From Octopus bimaculoides (lineage: Eukaryota): 35,704 bases of DNA. The notes beneath the pieces were generated by a model. It ran no database searches and was not told where the DNA came from. It worked only from the letters and a program-made list of their open reading frames with translations. The stretch spans positions 14,718,316-14,754,019 of the forward strand of contig NC_068986.1 in assembly GCF_001194135.2 (NCBI RefSeq), in the 5' to 3' direction. Shown here piece by piece: positions 33,250 through 35,704 of this stretch. The translations under genes and the position numbers were made by a program. Position 1 is the first letter of the stretch. The number at the start of each line of letters is the position of its first letter.

Positions 33250-33700
33250 AACATGTGCGTGTGTCCGAGTGTGCAGCTATGTGTGTGTATGTATTTTCGT
33301 ACGCATACGATGTAGCTATGTGTGTGTGTATGTGTGTGAGTGTGTCTATACGTGTATATGCGTGCATTTGATTTTGTGCGCGCGTGTGTGTAACTGTGTG
33401 GGTGTGTGTCTTCTGTCCGCGTGTGTGTGTTTATGTGTTTTTAGTGTGCGTGTGTGAATGAGAATATGTGAATGAGTATGTGTTTTCGTGCGCATGTGTG
33501 TATGGCTATGCATTTGTGTGATTGAGCGTGTGTGTGTGCATACGTGTATGTGTGTGTGTGCATACGTGTATGTGTGTGTGTGGCTATGTTTGTGTATGCA
33601 TACGTGTACGTCTGTGTTTCTGTTTTTTGTGTGTCAGTATGTGTTTTCGTGCGCATGTGCGTATAAGTCTTCACGATTGCGTGTCTGGGTGTGTGTATGG
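33250..33700. repeat. Degenerate (GT)-rich low-complexity tract
   Basis: Direct. Confidence 0.9.
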
Positions 33701-34859
33701 TGTATTTTAGTATAATATTTGAAGATCTCCAGTTTATAATGACAATGTCAGTTCTTTTAGTGATTTTCCCCAAAATTCCTAACAACGTGACTTATAATGA
33801 CTTGAAGGTTCAGCTCCTTCTTTAGTTGCTTCATCACTTCAGTAACCTTTAAAGAGATGAAATATGAGCTCCAACCAATCAACAGTTGATGTATTAGTGT
33901 ATTATGAATTTTTCTGTATCCATTATGCAAGTTAAGCTTCGTGTTTTAAAATTCTCTTTATAACCGTTCTGATAAGTCTTGGAAATAATGTAATATACGT
34001 TCGTCACCTTTAATAGACATGTCTCCATTGCATAGGAAACAAAGACCAATCTATTTTACATAACATATTTTGCTGCCGTCTTCTTCACTTCCGCCATAAG
34101 CATGCTGAATCGTAAATAATTAAATCATACCGCTCAAATGCACAAATGAATATCTCCTGGAGAATTAGGCTCAATACCTATAACCTAGTTCTCGAAAACA
34201 CATTAGTGCAGGCTAGAATAAGACATAGATATAAGAAGGCGAAGTAATAAATAGTTTGCACTGAGCTAATTTTGTTTTCGATAATATTATTAATTTCAAA
34301 TCTTCGTGAAGGCTTCGCCTACGATGTACATAAAAGGCAACGAGTAATATTTGAAAGATTGTATGGTTTTATAAATCAGATTGGTTGAAGAAATATACGA
34401 GAGCAAGAAGGTTACTGGTTGTGAAGTCGTGACATTGAAGCATTGCATACGAATGGAAAACATGAATATTAAACTTAATACACTCCGAAATTGGAATTAT
34501 GAAACGTTTATCAACAAAGCTATTTCACGTAGCTGCACACATTGAAAACAACAGCAACAACAACAACAACAATGACGACAGCAACGGCATCTAATTGAAT
34601 TTCTGAGGAAGAATGAATGTTTCAAAAATGACGAAAAAGAAATCAAAAAATATATTTTAAAAATTGTGAAAACAATATTATAATAAAATATAGCAATAAA
34701 ATTTTTAAAAAAATAATATGAAAATTAATTGGATTTTTGTTATATTTTCTATAAATATTTTTCCTGCAAAAATAGTTAATTAGATCAAAACAAAACGATT
34801 TAAAGTTTTACATCGCTTTGTTGTAATCTAAACGACTTAAGGTTCAGGGAAATAAAAGT

Positions 34860-35141
34860 CAAGAAAGAAGGAAGCACAGAAAGAAAGATACAGAGACAGG
34901 GGGGAATAAGGGAGAGATAGAAAAGAGCGGGAGGATGAGGTGGAGGAAGAGGGGATGAGGAGAAAAGGAAGAAGAAAGAGAAGAAAAAGAAGGAAAGGAG
35001 AAGAAAGAAGCAAGAACTAGGACAATAAAATCATATGATAAAACTAACAAAGGAAAGTGATCTCGAATTATGAAGACAGAAGTTTTCTAAGAGAAAGGTG
35101 GAGATAAACAGCAAAAGAGAGAAAGAAATAGGGTGTGTGTG

Positions 35142-35191
<50 letters not shown>

Positions 35192-35450
35192 AAGAGAGTA
35201 GGGAATGAGAGAGAGGGGGAGAAAACGTGAGGTGGGTGAGGATAAGGAAATCATGCGGAGGAATCGAGAGAGTACATGTTTAGGAAATAAGTCAAAAACT
35301 AGAGAGAATCTGATAGCGTTAGATTCATTCAACAAACAAGTAGGAGGAGAGATACACTGTAGTGCCTGTGCGCGTGAGGAATAGATTGAGAGACGGAGTG
35401 AAAGAGAGAGACAGAACAAGGTGGGTGGTGTAGAAAGAGTACGAGACATA
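34860..35450. repeat. Polypurine (GA-rich) tract including (GA)n at 35144-35182
   Basis: Direct. Confidence 0.9.
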
Positions 35451-35632
35451 AACTGAATAATTTGCTGTTTTCTTTCATCTTAATGGTTATAACACGTAGA
35501 GAATGGCTCGAAGAAGATAAATCTCGAATGAAATTCTTTTACTGCTTAATTCGTTTATAAAGGTTCAAGTCGGTTTTCATATTAACATTGCGCAAAATGT
35601 CATTTTACTCTTTCCACTCTGATACGCATTGG

Positions 35633-35700
<68 letters not shown>

Positions 35701-35704
35701 AACT

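Overview
AT-rich, repeat-saturated eukaryotic (animal) DNA from a draft assembly, with about 2.7 kb of N in 8 gaps. The SINE family and microsatellite landscape look like an octopus/coleoid cephalopod genome; this is from recall, not a search. No host protein-coding gene can be identified with confidence. There are only two low-confidence candidate exons, and most listed ORFs are microsatellite, N-gap or antisense artefacts. The window contains: many tRNA-derived SINE copies; decayed retrotransposon fragments (three distinct Penelope-like GIY-YIG elements, one with its RT; two R4/RLE-type LINE pieces; an RTE-like piece); an apparently ORF1-only L1/Tx1-like element; and three MITEs, one with an 8-bp TSD and internal (TAGGGT)4. 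The main result is about 12 minimal type-I hammerhead ribozyme (HHR) motifs from about 6 sequence families. Four loci share one architecture: an inverted partial copy, then the direct HHR plus a tail, forming palindromes of 0.16-0.67 kb. One Penelope 3' end also has a tRNA-like Pol III promoter between the GIY-YIG ORF and its HHR. All alignments and folds were done by eye.
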